From Mobula hypostoma (taxonomy: Eukaryota), in contig NC_086097.1 of the NCBI RefSeq assembly GCF_963921235.1, positions 127,102,001 to 127,166,000 of the forward strand: a stretch of DNA of 64,000 nt. Reading direction: 5' to 3'. Of this stretch, positions 36,830 to 49,889 are shown in pieces. The position numbers and the translations under genes were made by a program. Under the pieces are notes generated by a model. It searched no databases. It had not been told where the DNA came from and saw only the letters and a program-made list of their open reading frames with translations. Numbering within the stretch: the stretch's first letter is position 1; every line of letters starts with the position of its first letter.

Positions 36830-37975
36830 GCTCATTCTGGCAAAACCTGAGGTGCAGGCATAACCAAGCATTTCTCAGTTGCTTTGAACTTACTATTCTA
36901 GTGGTGTGTATTGTGGCTTTCTGGAGGTTTACATGAATATTGTTGTGTGGGTGTAATTGTTTAAGCTATTGACTTTGGGATGATATCAGTTGTAGATATT
37001 ACTAGTGGGATAATATATGCCCTATTTATGTTCCACCATTTTTCAATTTCTCTTTTAATTCAGCATATTTCTTGTTTTTTTTTCGCTCAGTGACTTCTGT
37101 ATTTTATGCGTGTTTGCAATGGCAGTATCTATTAAGTAAATTCTTCTTGCTTGCTTATCCTGTAATATTATATCCGGCCGGTTATTATGGATCGGTCATA
37201 ATATAATTTGTAGGACTCTTGACTCTTAAAATTGTATCAGGCTTGTAATTATAGGAAAGTATGGTGTCTTTTATGTTTGTATTTTAAAGCAAGATTTTAG
37301 TGAATGATGTTTGCCACTTGATTATGCCTCTGTAATAATCAAGTTGAATTAAATGGCTGTATGATCCTGTAATATGGTTTCTGGTTTCTCTTGGCTTATT
37401 CTGCATTTATCATCCTGAATTTGTTGGTCCTTTATTAAGTATTTTTGATCATTTTTGTTTTATCCACCTGGTTCTGTATTGTCACAATGAACCCCTCTGT
37501 TTCTGGGAAGAGGTCTCCAACTCTGAACCAGGTGTTCAACACTTCTTTGTTGACATCTAGTCTGCTCAGATTGTGGGGATGTCTTCCATGGAGGGTCATG
37601 CTCTTCCATTGGTTAACTTTTTCTGCTATCATGATTATTTCCTTATTTTTCTGGGTTATACTTTCATTTAAGTTTAGTGGTGTGTACTTCTTGTCAGAAT
37701 TGCATATGCTTGCATGGAGTGCTGAATATTGTTCTGGTCGATGAAAATATACCTTTACAAGTTTTATCTGACTATTGTGTAAACTTCTATGTCTGTTATT
37801 CCTCTTCCTCCTTTTGTCCTAGGTCGTGTAAATCTAGGTATGTTTGAGCATACATAGTGCTTTCTAAAATTTGTCATTTCAGTTCTTATTTTTCTTTGTA
37901 AATTTTCCAGATCAGTTTCAAACCAAGATATTATGCCAAAAGGATACATTAATATACTGTAAGTATAGTGAAAAT
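36830..37975 (-). mobile_element. R4-clade (Dong/Rex6-like) non-LTR retrotransposon 3' remnant with restriction-like endonuclease
   Basis: TRPRTKGGRGI, LHGRHP...WFRVGDLFPETEGFIVTIQNQV and HNNRPDIILQDKQARRIYLIDTAI...KYAELK. Confidence 0.8.
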
Positions 37976-38149
37976 GTTTATTATTAATATTATTATTACT
38001 TTTTTCTCTTTTTTTTGTATTTGCAGTTTGTTGTCTTTTGCACACTAGTTATCTGCCCTGTTCGTGCAGTCTTTCATTGATTCTATTATGGTTATTGTAT
38101 TATTGAGTATGCCCACAAGGAATTGAATCTCATGGTTGTTTATGGAATT

Positions 38150-40510
38150 AAACTCTGGCTGGGCTGTTTCAGTCATTTCACAAAATGAGTTTGAATGGCA
38201 TTTCAAAGGTTCTGAATTGAAGCCTCCAGATAACCAACTAAGAACTTGTACTGGAGAAAATGTAACTGCTGAGGAATGACATTCATAACAGTGAAATGCA
38301 ACAATGGGCTTGTATGTGGTAAAAACAGGAGGGCCAGCATTGTGGGGTGTGATTGGCTGAGACAACCACAACTTGATTGGAGACCCATCCACCATTTGCA
38401 TACCACAACATCCCCTGCAATAGAGTCAACTGAAAGCAAATTAAGGATATCTTTGCAAACCTTTCAGGAGGGAAACGCTTCAGCAAAGTGGACTTAGCAG
38501 AGGCGTACCAACAGACGGAGATTGAAGAAGAATCCAAAGTGTTTCTCACCAGCTTCATTTCTATAATAGGTTTAATTTTGGAGTAGCATCTGCACCTGCA
38601 CTTGGCAGAAAACTCTGGCCCAGGCACTCAGTATTACCTGGATGATATCATTGTTACCAGTATAGATGACAAGTAACATCTCTAAAATCTCAAGACAGTG
38701 TTAAAAAGATCAGAAGATTATGGGTTCAGAGCATGATGCAAAAATCTGAATTCTTTAAACTACGCATCATTTACTGTGGTCACACCATTGACGTATGAGG
38801 ATTACACAAGTGTGCTGAGTAAGTTCAAGCAGTGGTGGATGCACCAAGGCCAAAGAACTTGTCAGAGTTGCGGTCCTTTTTAGGATTTTTCAACTGCTAT
38901 AACAGATGCCTGCCAAACTTGGCTACTGTGCTGAACCCTTTGAACTCATTACCACAGAGCAGGAAGAAATGACAATGGACAAAGCAGTGTGAGGTTTTCC
39001 AAAAGGCAAAGGAAGTGCTGATGTTAGACACTGTACTCACACATTACAATCCACATTATCAAGTGAAGCTTGCCTGTGATGCCTTGCCTTATGCTATAGG
39101 TGCAGTCATGTCACATTATGAGTAATGGAAGTAAACACCCCATAACCTCTGCATCATATTCTCTTAGCTCTGCCAAGAAAATTAATGCACAGATTGATAG
39201 AGAGGCCTTGAGTCTAATTTGGGGTGTAAAATATTTCAACCAGTACATGTATGGGAGAGAGTGTACCCTCATTTCTGATCATCCACCACTAGTGTCCATT
39301 TTCAATCCACAGAAGGGTGTTCCACTAACAGCAGCAGGACAAATGAAGAGATGAGTTCTCTTTCTTAGAGGACACAATTACAAGCTGAAATTCAAGAGGA
39401 TAACCAATCACTGAATGCTGATCGATTGTCCTGTTCACTCTTGGAAAAGGAAATACCTGAAAAATTTACAAAAGAGGGCACTCTTCTTGAAGTGGTCTCC
39501 CCAATTCAAATCAGAAGTCTCTCTATTACGGCAGAGATGATCCAAAGGGAAGTCAGAAAAGACCCCACATTGTCTCAGGTCTACGTGGCCACCCAAAATA
39601 GCTGGAATGTGCAACAGAAGTTCCAGTTCCTCCATTTTTATCAGTGCTGGGATGAAATTGCCTTTGGTGGAATTTGCCTTCTGTGGGTTTAAGAGTTGTT
39701 GTACCATACAAGTTGAGAGCTAAAGTTTTGGAGGAGCTATATGCTGGTCTTCTAGGTGTGGTCAAAGTGGAAGTATTGGCTCGAGGCTTAGTCTAATGGC
39801 CTGGTATATATCAGCAGGTTGGACAGCTCATCATGCACTATTTGGGAGGCCAGCATGTCCAGAAGACGCCAACAGCAGCACTTCTCCATCCCTAGGAATG
39901 GCCTGCATTCCATAACAGAAGATGCATGTGGATTTTGCTGGGCACCAGTTTCTTGGTAGTAGTGGATGCAGCTACAAAGTGGCTGGAGGTGTTCCCAACA
40001 ATCTCCATTACATCCTTGCACACTGTAGATATGTTGAGCAGCCTCTTCTCAAGGACTGGTATTCCAGAACACTTAGTCAGTGACAATGAATCACAGTTCG
40101 TAGTGGAACAGTTTCAGTCATTCCTGAAAATGAATGGAATAAGACATATTACATCTGCACTGTACCGCCCAGCTTCAAATAGCTTGGCAGAAAATGTATC
40201 CAGAGTCTGAAGAACACACTGTGAGCAATGTTAGCAGAACACACTACACTGTTACTGACTCAGAAGCTCACCAATTTCCTCCTTGCATATCGCATGCAGC
40301 CCACTCCACAACCAAAACTCAGCAGCTGTGCTGTTCCTGTGTCATCCCTAGCGCTCTCGCTTGCATCTCCTCAAAGCCAAATTCAGAGGGAGATTGCAAG
40401 ACAAGCAGCTGAGAAAAACTGAGGGCTTCTCAGACGGGGAGGTTTGATGTTTCACTCCTGGGCAAGCAGTCCTGTCGAGCAGCTACAGGGATGACTGAAA
40501 GTGGGTACTT
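38150..40510 (+). mobile_element. Second Gypsy pol remnant (different family, no LTRs seen)
   Basis: SKVDLAEAYQQ, YYLDDIIV (~38632), LACDA, AQIDREALSLIWGVKYFNQY, VVDAATKWLEV and VSDNESQF. Confidence 0.85.
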
Positions 40511-41104
40511 TAAAAGATAACAGCCAGAAGGGGGAGGCTGAGGAAATGAAATCATAGGCTCTAGTTAGCGTGACTTCAGTAGTTGGGAAGATGTTGGAGT
40601 CCATTATTAAGGATGAAGTTTCGGGGTATTTGAGACATATGATAAAATAGGCCAAAGTCAGCATGGTTTCCTTAAGGGGATCTAAGGTGGGTCTAAGACC
40701 TGAGGATACAGCCTCAGACTAAAAGGACATCGCTTTAGAATAGAGGTAGGAATTTCCTTAGCCAAAGGATGGTGAGTTTGTGAAATTCATTGCTACAGAT
40801 GCCAAGTCATTGGGTATATTTAAAGTGGTAGTTGGTAGGTTTTTGATTAGTAAGGGTGTCAAAGATTACAGGGAGAAGGCAGGAGAATGGGTTTGAGGAG
40901 GGACAGTGAATCAACCATGATGGAATACCAGAGTAGACTTGATGGGCCAAATGGCTTAATTCTGCTCAAATGTCTTATGGTCAGCTACACTTTACTCTGC
41001 ATTCTGTTACTATTTTAGCTCATTCTGCCTCAATGCACTGTGTAATGATTTGATCTGCATGAATAGTTATGCAGGACAAGCTTTCACTGTACTTCACTAC
41101 TTGT

Positions 41105-41915
41105 TCCAAGTTCAAATTAAGTTTATTGTCAAAGCACATATATGTTGGCGCATGCTATCTTGAGATTAATTTTCTTGTAGGAATTGACAGAAAAACTAAT
41201 ACAATAGCATTTATGAAAAATCTAAACATAAACAGGCAAAGACTGACCAAAAAACCAGTGTGCTACAGAAGACGAACTGTGCAAATAAAAAATAATACTG
41301 AGAAGGTGAGTTATAAGGTGTCCTTGAAAGTGAGTGTGTAGGTTGTAGAACCAGGTCAGAATTGTGATGAGTGAAGTTACCCACACCGGTTGAGGGATCT
41401 GATAGGATAGGGTAATAACTGTTTTCGAACCTGGTGGTATAAGACCCAAAGATTCTTTAGTTCCTGCCCGATTGTTGTAGTGAGAAAAGAACATGGTCTG
41501 GATAACGACCATCTTTGATGATGGATGCTGCTTTCCTGGGGCAGCACTCCATGTAAATGTACTCAACGGTAGTGAGGGCCTTCCCTGTGATGGACTGGGT
41601 TGTACCAATCACTTTCTGCAGCCTTTTCCATTCCTACACATTGGTCTTTCCATACCAGGCCGTATGCAACCAGTCAGGATACTCTCCATTGTGCATCTTA
41701 GAAATCTGTGAAAATTTTCGATGTCATGACGAATCTACACAAACTTCCAAGAAAATAGAGACGTTGTCATGCCTTCTTTCGGATAGGACATGTTGTTCTG
41801 AAGACAGATCCTCTGATATGTTAACACGAAAGAAATAAAAGTTAGTGATCCTCTCCACCTCCGATCCCCTATTGTGGACTGGCTCATGGACCTCTGGCTT
41901 CTTCCTTTAGTCATT
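41105..41915 (-). mobile_element. Rex1/Babar 3' fragment
   Basis: Minus-strand similarity to the Rex1 C-terminus and 3' UTR seen at 32400-33350. Confidence 0.7.
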
Positions 41916-42618
41916 GATAATCAACTCTTGCAGAGAAATACAGCACAGAATCAGGCCTTTCAACCCAATTCCTTCATGCTGACCAAGTTACCAAACAGAA
42001 AAAGAAACCCGTTTCCTGTTAACCAGCCAATCTTCTATTACCATCAATATATTACCTCATACAGCAGATGTTATTATTATTGCCAAAACTGTTTCCTTCT
42101 GAAAATCTAAGTATTTCCATTGGTTCCCCTTTATCCACACGACATGGTATTTCTTCAAAGGCCTAATAATTTAGTTGAACGTGATTTCCCTTTAAAAAAC
42201 CAACATTCTCTTCGCATGGTTACCTTGAATCTTCTTATCTGCCTAGCTATAATAAATACCTTCTGTCTGACAAAGGTTTAACTGACTAGTTCTTTCTTTC
42301 TATCTCTTTCTCTTTATTGATAAAGGAGTTCTATTTACTCTTATAAAATATAATGCAACCTTCCCTGAACAGAGTGAATTTTGGAAAATTACAACTATTG
42401 TACTAATTATCTCACTAGGATGTGTTTTAAAACCTTAAAATGAAGTCTCATCAGGATCGGGGACTTCTCAGACCTGTGTTCAACATTTTGTTTGGTACCA
42501 GTTCCTCTGTGGGTGCAATTTACCTGAGCACCTCCCAGTTCCTGATTACACAGCTATTTGTGGAATGCTGCAGGTGCCCTCTCTCAAGAGTCAGCATGAA
42601 ATGCCATTAAGGTTTTAC

Positions 42619-42868
42619 CTGAAGAATAACTTAAATAAGACTGCTGCTGAACTGTGCCTGAAAGTAATTGACTGCAACAGGCTAGCTTATGACTGGTCTC
42701 AGCAGTGTTGCAATAAGGACATACAGTATTTGTTTATGGGCCAGGAAAGTGTGCAAAGGCCAAAATATTTTGTAAGGAATTGCAAATTATTGAGCTTTAT
42801 AAAGGCTGGATGGTTGCAAACATCAATCACACTATCCACTACCTGATACTTAGTTAGTGAGGAATTAT
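42619..42868 (-). pseudogene. 250-bp decayed exon (phase 1/2) of unidentified minus-strand gene
   Basis: CTTTATATTCTGCAG| acceptor and CAG|GTAAAA donor. Reads NSSLTKYQVVDSVIDVCNHPAFIKLNNLQFLTKYFGLCTLSWPINKYCMSLLQHC*DQS*ASLLQSITFRHSSAAVLFKLFF(R). Confidence 0.55.
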
Positions 42869-43295
42869 CTGCAGAATATAAAGCCTGGGAGATTTTCTTG
42901 CTTGAAGGTCTTTCTCTCCTCCATGGATTCAGTCTACACTTCTCACCGTCTTGGTAAATCAGCCAACATAATCAAAGGCCCCACCAACAATGGGCATTCT
43001 CTCTTCTCCCATCAGGCAGAAGATACTAAACCCTGCAAGCACGTACCACCAGGCTGAGGGTTCTCCTCTATCCCCCCACTATAGGGCTAGTATGATAAGA
43101 TGGACTCTCGACTTCACAAACTCCCTTGTACCTTATTGTCTGCCTGCACTCCAGTTCCACTGTAATTGTAGCACTTTATTCTGCATTCTTTAATTGTTTT
43201 CTCCCTTAAATGGGTGCCTGAGTGGTTACAGCATCCTTTGGGACAAAGGGGCCTATTTCCATGCTGCAGGACGCCATGCATTACACACGTCATAT

Positions 43296-43530
43296 GGGGT
43301 GGCACGGTGGTGTAGCAGTCAGTGTAACGCTATGACCCAGGTTCAATTCCATCGCTGTCTCTAAGAGGTTTGTACCTTCTCCCTGTGACCATGTGGGTTT
43401 CCTCCTGGATTCTCCAGTTTCCTCTCGCATTCCAAAGACGTTTGACTTAGTAGGTTAACTGGGCCCATGGGTGTAATTAATGGTGCAGACTCACTTGACC
43501 AGAAGGACCCTGTTACTGTGCTGTATCTCT
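43296..43530 (+). mobile_element. tRNA-headed V-SINE-like element
   Basis: GGCACGGTGGTGTAGCAG A-box, GGTTCAATTCC B-box and TTCTCCCTGTGACCATGTGGGTTTCCTCC central domain. Related copies near 13500, 22300, 22480, 36420 and 49230. Confidence 0.7.
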
Positions 43531-43539
43531 AAGTATCTG

Positions 43540-43647
43540 AGGTTCTAAATATAGTAAATGGTGGCCAAGGGAGCTAGCTATGCACAGAGTCGCTGGGCAA
43601 CTTCTTGCATTACAACAGGGCCTATCCCTCAGAGTCACACAGACATT
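43540..43647 (-). pseudogene. Candidate decayed exon, frame unresolved
   Basis: Strong acceptor CCTTTCGTATCTCTTTCAG|. Donor possibly mutated (CTCAG|ATACTT) beside a SINE tail. Confidence 0.3.
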
Positions 43648-43771
43648 CTGAAAGAGATACGAAAGGCGTTTTAGAAACCCAAGACTTACTTTTATTCCCC
43701 TTTTTAAAAAAAAGACTTGCATGTCTTTGAATTGCACTACTTGCTGACTTCCTCTCTCTTGATTTTTACAA

Positions 43772-43821
43772 GAGGTAACTTTTGCGCTGGATATGATTTA
43801 AAGGAATTTGCTGAAGCAGCC
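43772..43821 (+). pseudogene. Enoyl-CoA hydratase pseudogene, exon remnant with first oxyanion-hole motif
   Basis: GNFCAGYDLKEFAEAA after a pyrimidine tract. Acceptor appears as TACAA|GA (inferred AG>AA). The 3' part is replaced by a retroposon-tail-like sequence. Confidence 0.8.
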
Positions 43822-44139
43822 TTGAGGGGCTGGATGGCCTCCTCCTGTTTCTATGAACATAAAGTAAACATCATTTTGTGGCTACAACTGGAAAATGCAT
43901 AAATGTAGCAGGAGGTATTTGCAGTTTATTCAGACGTGTTGAATGGAGATGTAAAGAAGACAATAAATAATAATTGGGTTCCGACAGACGCTACTGCACC
44001 AAGCTCAGTCTTTGTTAAGTGCTCCTGAATAGTTAGCTAAACACTTGAGCTGGGCATGAGACAAGCCTCCTTTGTCTTTCCTCAGCTGGTGAAAGGCCTT
44101 GCTGAGCATTTAAAGCACTTTTTAAAACAAATTCTGTTT

Positions 44140-46510
44140 ATGACCACAAGACATACGAGCAGAATTAGACCATTTGGCCCATTGAGTCTGCTCCGCCATT
44201 CTATCATGGCTGATTTATTATCCCTCTCAATCCCATTCTATTGCCTTCTCCCCATAACCTTTGATGCCCTGACTAATCAAGAACCTATCAGCCTTTGCTT
44301 TAAGTATACTAAATGACATTGTCTCCACATCTGGCTGTGGCAATGAATTCCACAATGTAATGGACATCCCTCTTTCCTGAGGTTGTGTCCACTGGTCCTA
44401 GACTCACACACTAAAGGAAACACACATCCCACATTCACTCTATCTCAGTTTTCAATATTTGATAGGTTTCAATGAGATCCCCCTCATTCTTCTAAACTCT
44501 AGCGAGTGCAGGCCCAGACTAGCAAATGATTTGTTAACCCTTTCATTCCTGGAAACATTCTCATAAACCACCTCCAATGCTGGCACATCTTTTCTGAGTT
44601 AAAGGACCCAAAATTGTTCACTATATTCCAAATACAGTCTGAACGATGCCTCATAAATGCTATCTTTGCATTTGTCTACCTTACCACTGACTCATTCTGC
44701 AAGTTAACCTTTAGGGAATCCTGCACCTCTGATTTTTGAATTTTCTCTGTTCATAAAATAGTCTACTCCTTTATTCCTTCTACCAACGTGCATGACCATA
44801 CACTTCCCTACATAATATTCCATCTGCCACTTCTTCGCTAATCTTCTGTCCTTGCTAGTGTATTCCAGTAATACCATGGGCTTTTATCTTGTTAAGCAGT
44901 CTCATGTGTGGCAGCTTCTTAAAGGCCTTCTGAAAATCCAGGTAAACAATATCCACTCGCTCTCCTTTTTCTATCCTGCTGGCTATTTCCTCAAAGAATT
45001 CCAACAGATTTGTCAGGCAAGATTTCCTCTTAAGAACACCATGCTGACCTTGACCTATTTTGTCAGCTGCCTCCAAGTACCCCAAAACCATCTTTAATAA
45101 TGGACTTCAGTATCTTCCCAATTATCGAAGTCCGGCTAACTGGCCTATAATTTCCTTTCTTCTGCTTCCCTCACATCTTAAAAAGAGTGGAGTGCTATTT
45201 TCAATTTTTCAGTCCTCTGGAAACATTCCAGAATCTAGTGATTCTTGAAAGATCATTACTAATGCCTCCCACAATCTCTTCAATTACCCCTTTCAGAACA
45301 CAGGGGTGTGATCCATCTGGTCCAGGTGACTTGTCTAATTCCACACCTTTCAGCCTCCTAAGCACCTTCTCCTTGGTCATAGCGATTACACTCCCTTCTG
45401 CCCCCTGACACTCTTCAATTTCTGGCATGCTGCTGGTGTGTTCCACTGTGAAGACTGACACAAAATACATATTAAGTTTGTCTGCCATTTCTTTATCCCC
45501 CATTACTACCTCTCCAGAAGCATTTTCCAGTAGTACGAAAACCATTCTCACCTTTTACTCTGTATGTATCTGAAAAAGCTTTTGCTATCTTCTTTTATAC
45601 TATTGGCTAGCTTACTTTTGTATTCCATCTTTACCTTCTTAATGACTTTTTATTTGTTTTCTGCTGGTTTTTAAAAGCTTCCCAATCCTCTAACTTCCCA
45701 CTAATTTTTGCTATATTTATATGCCCTCTTTTTTGCTTATATGTTGTCTTTGACTTCCATCGTCAGCCACTATTGCCTCACCTTCCTTTATAATACTTCT
45801 TCATCTTTGGGATGTATCTATCCTCCACTTTCCAAATTACCCACCAGAAACTCCAGCCATTGCTGTTCTAGTATCGTCCCTTATAATGTCCCCTTCCAAT
45901 CAACTTTGGCCAGCTCCACTCTCATGCCACTGTAATTCCCTTTACTCCACTGTAATACTGGTACCTTCTCCTTCTCCCCCATTATCCCCCATTACCTTCT
46001 CCCTCTCAACTTCAGAGTGATCACTGTCTCCTAAGGGTTCCTTTACCATAAGCTCCCTAATCAAATCCTGTTCATTACACAACATCCAATCCAGAATTGC
46101 TTTCCCCCTAGTGGGCTCAACCACAAGCTGCTCTAAAAAGCCAAGTTGTAGACATTCTATAAATTCTTTCTCTTGGAATCCAGCAGGAACCTGACTTTCC
46201 CAATCTACCTGCATATTGAAATCCCCCATAACTCTCCTAACATTGCCCTTTTTACATGCTTTTCTGTCTCCCATTGTAATTTGTATCCCACATCCTTCCT
46301 ACTAGTTAGAGGCCTGTATATTCTGTTACTTCCATCAGTGTCTCTTTACCCTTGCAGTTTCTTAACCCTACCCACAAGGATCCTGCACCTTCCGATCCTA
46401 CAGGTCACCTCTTTCTGAGGGTTTGAATTCATTTTTTACCAACAGAGCCGCCCCACCCTGTCTGTTTACCTGCCTGTCCTTTTGATGCAAGTAGTATCTT
46501 TGGATGTTCA
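44140..46510 (-). mobile_element. CR1 LINE with endonuclease and RT remnants, internal deletion
   Basis: VMGDFNMQVDW...VVEPTRGKAILD, KSPGPDG and VYLDFQKAF. Confidence 0.9.
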
Positions 46511-47494
46511 AAGGTTCCATTTAATATCTGAAAATGTATACACTATACAACCTGAAATCCTCCCCCCCCACACACATAAGCAGCAGAAAAACACCAGCCC
46601 TCCCTCCTCTCCTCACTTGTTCCAGCAGAAAGCATCAGCACCCCCACCACCCACCATGCAAGCAATTGCAAAGCTCCCAAAACGACCATCACGTCGATCC
46701 ATCAAGAACCATTGTCCATCCTAACAGTTGGACATCCCACAGGTGCGCGCTCTCTCTCTCTCTCTCTCTAATGAAGGAGAGAAGGGTATCAGTCCTTTCA
46801 CAGTGGGAGGGGAGGCCAACAGCTCGCTGTTTCGGTGTTACAGTCTGCAGCGTCACCTTACTTCCAGCTCCCCTGACTCAAGGAGCAAACTCCCTTCATT
46901 GACAGACAGACAGACACACACACACACACACACACACAGAAGCCTCCGACAGCCGAACTCGATGTTCCGATCTCCTGCGTCACTTCAGTCAGTGACACCG
47001 GTGAGAAATCGAGTCGCCCACAGGACGCACAAGGCTGTGCCCCAAAGGTGCTTGTCTTCCAGCCACTCTTGGAGATATCAAGAATGCTGGACTGCTCAGC
47101 GAGTTTCAAGAGCAGGAGCCCACCATCGTGAAGAACTACAGTTTGAATGCAGCTGTACATTAAAGACTCCGACAGGGCCCCAGCCATCTCGAAAAGGAAA
47201 GAAGAGACATCAAAGATACAAATTTAATGTTTTGCAGATGAACTGGAAGAAGTCACCCGATGTTAAGCTCCCAGTTATGATCTTCTTTCAGCCATGACTC
47301 AGTGATGCCGACAGTGACATACCTACCAATCTCTAACTGCCCTACAGTATCGTCCAACTTATTCGGTATACTGTGTACATTCAGTCTTGTATTCCTCATC
47401 CTTTTCAATGTTACACTTCAGTTCATCCCACTGATTGCAATTTTTCCTTAACATCTGCCTGTCCTTCCTCTCAGTTTCACTACAAACAGTATAT

Positions 47495-48012
47495 CAGAAT
47501 TAGGTTTAATATCACTAAGATATGTCATGAAATTCGTTAACTTTGTGGCAGCAGTACATTGCAATACATGATAAATATAGGAAAAAAAATTAATTACGGT
47601 AAGTAATAAAAAAGAGTAGTGAGGTAGTGTTTATGGGTTCAATGTCCATCTAGGAATTGGATGTCGGGGGGAAGAAGCTGTTCCTGAATCGCTGAGTGTG
47701 TGCCTTCAGGCTTCTGTGCCTCCTTCCTGACGGTAACAATGAGAAGAGGGCATGTCCTGGGTGATGGGGGTCCTTAATAATGGACGCCACATTGCTGAGG
47801 CACCGCTCCTTGAAGGTGTCTTGGATACTATGGAGGCTAGTACTCATGGTAGAGCTGACTAATTTTACAACTTTCTGCAAATTACTTTCATCTTGTGCAG
47901 TTGCGCCCCTCCCGCAAACCTGACAGTGATGCAGCCTGTCAGAATGTTCTCCATGGTACATCTGCAGAAGCTTTTGAGTGTTTTAGGTGACAAACCAAAT
48001 CTCCTCAAACTT
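47495..48012 (-). mobile_element. Rex1/Babar 3' fragment
   Basis: ASIIKDPHHPGHALFSLLPSGRRHRSLKAHTQRFRNSFFP. Confidence 0.85.
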
Positions 48013-48077
48013 CTCAAAAAAATAGTTGATATACATGTATATAAATGGAAGAAGAACCTAGTGCTTTTCTGGGGTAT

Positions 48078-48336
48078 ATGACCAGTGGCGTAGTGGCATC
48101 AGTGACGGACTTCGGGATGAAGGGTCCCGAATTCGAATCCAGCCGGCTCCCCTGCACGCTTCCCATCCATGCTGGGCTATGAGCTGGTGATCTCTTTGGA
48201 AACTCACCTGGCAGAAGGCAATGACAAACCACTGCTGTAAATTGCCTTGTACATGGTTCCTCACTGCGTCAGAGAGGCGTGGAGGGAAATCGTCCGCTAA
48301 CCAGAGAAACTCCGGATGCGACGTTCCTTTCCTTTT
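48078..48336 (+). mobile_element. tRNA-derived SINE with RTE-type body
   Basis: A-box TGGCGTAGTGG, B-box GAATTCGAATCC, GAAGGCAATGACAAACCAC motif and (TTTCC)n tail. Confidence 0.65.
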
Positions 48337-48339
48337 ATG

Positions 48340-48826
48340 ACGAAGAAACTCTTCTCGGGTTTCCAGCTGGGTACAGGTATTGATTTCAACTGATGTTTTG
48401 ATGACAAAACTCTGCCATTTTCATCAGGGATGATGCCTGAGTATGTCTATACCTCTATCATCCTTCTCTCCTGATTGGTTACTCCTCATCCAGTCAGGTT
48501 TCCACCATTCTACCTTGTTTACAATCAAATTCCAGTTCTTACTTAGAGACTTTAGTCATCGTTAAAATTATCTTTCTCTACTTTTACTTCAATGGCTTCC
48601 TTCACCAGACGGTCCTAAAAGTCATTGGCATAGCGCAGTAGTTTTGTGCAGTCGAAGTCAATTCTATGGCTATTGCAAATGCAATATTCTGCTACCACCG
48701 ATTTCTCTGGGTAATCCAAATGGATACAACTCCTGTGCTCCTTGATGCGGGTTTCCGTCGTGCACCTTGTCTGGCCGATATACATTTACGGGATTCCCTG
48801 TGAATGCGGAGCAGCGTATATCGGCC
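48340..48826 (-). mobile_element. Penelope-like element 3' end with GIY-YIG endonuclease remnant and inverted 5' tip
   Basis: Minus: YIGQTRCTTETRIKEHRSCI...RLVKEAIEVK...NFN. Plus 48784-48825: IYGIPCECGAAYIG. CTGATGA core at 48427-48421. Confidence 0.85.
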
Positions 48827-49889
48827 TGATCATCTGCAAATTTAGGATTCCAATCTTTTATCTCAAGTTTTAAAAGGGAATGTATTATCAGGCTTAGATT
48901 GCAGACAAAAGAACATGAAATCTGAAAACTGAAGTTTTGCTATTTTTAATGTGGGGTTCTTTATTATTTGCCCTTAGTATGTGGACATTATTGGCAAGGC
49001 CAGCATTTGTTGATGGTTCTTAACTGCCTCCTGAACTTTGCTTCCCCCGGGATTAATAAAGTATGACTATGACTATGTTTGCTGGGCCAGAAAAGCACAG
49101 AAAACAGTCAACCACGTTGGTGACTCTGGAGTTACAGATAAACTAGAGCAGGTAAGGAGAGCAGGTATCCTTCCTGAAGGACATTTGTAAGACAGGCAAT
49201 CACCATTACAGAGTCCAGCTTTGTGACACAGCTAGGTGATACAGCTGTTGGATGTGCTGAGTTGCAGCTTCAGTAACCCAAGTTCAGCCTGATTTCCAGT
49301 GCTACATGGAATCTGCACGTTCTCCCTCTGACCATATGGGTTTCCCTTGGGTCCTCTGACTTCCCTCTACATCTCAAACACACAGGTTAATTCACTATGG
49401 TAGTGTTCCTTCTGTGTAGGTGGCATTGGAATCTGAGAGATTCGCTATCACTTCAAGAAATCAAGAATATACAAGTAAGGATGTGCTGATGTTGTTTATA
49501 AGGTGTTAATCAGATTGCATTTGAAATATTGTGAGCATTTTTGAGCACTGTGTTGAAGCAAAGAGGTTCTGGTGCTGGGCGGGTCCAGAGGAGATTCACA
49601 GTGATCCTGAGAATGAAAGGCTTAATGTATGAAGAGCATTTGATGACTCTGGGCATGTAATTGATGGAGTTCAGAAGGAGGAAGGGAAACTTCATTCAAA
49701 CTTGCCAAATCTTACAAGATAGCTGATATGGGAAGGATATTTTGAATTTCAAGGCAAATTTATTATCCAAGTACATAGATATCACTATATACAACCCAGA
49801 GAGTCATTTTCTTGCAGGGGCATACTCAATAAACCCATAATAGAATAATAACCATAATAGAATCAATGAAAGACCGCACCAACCATTCT

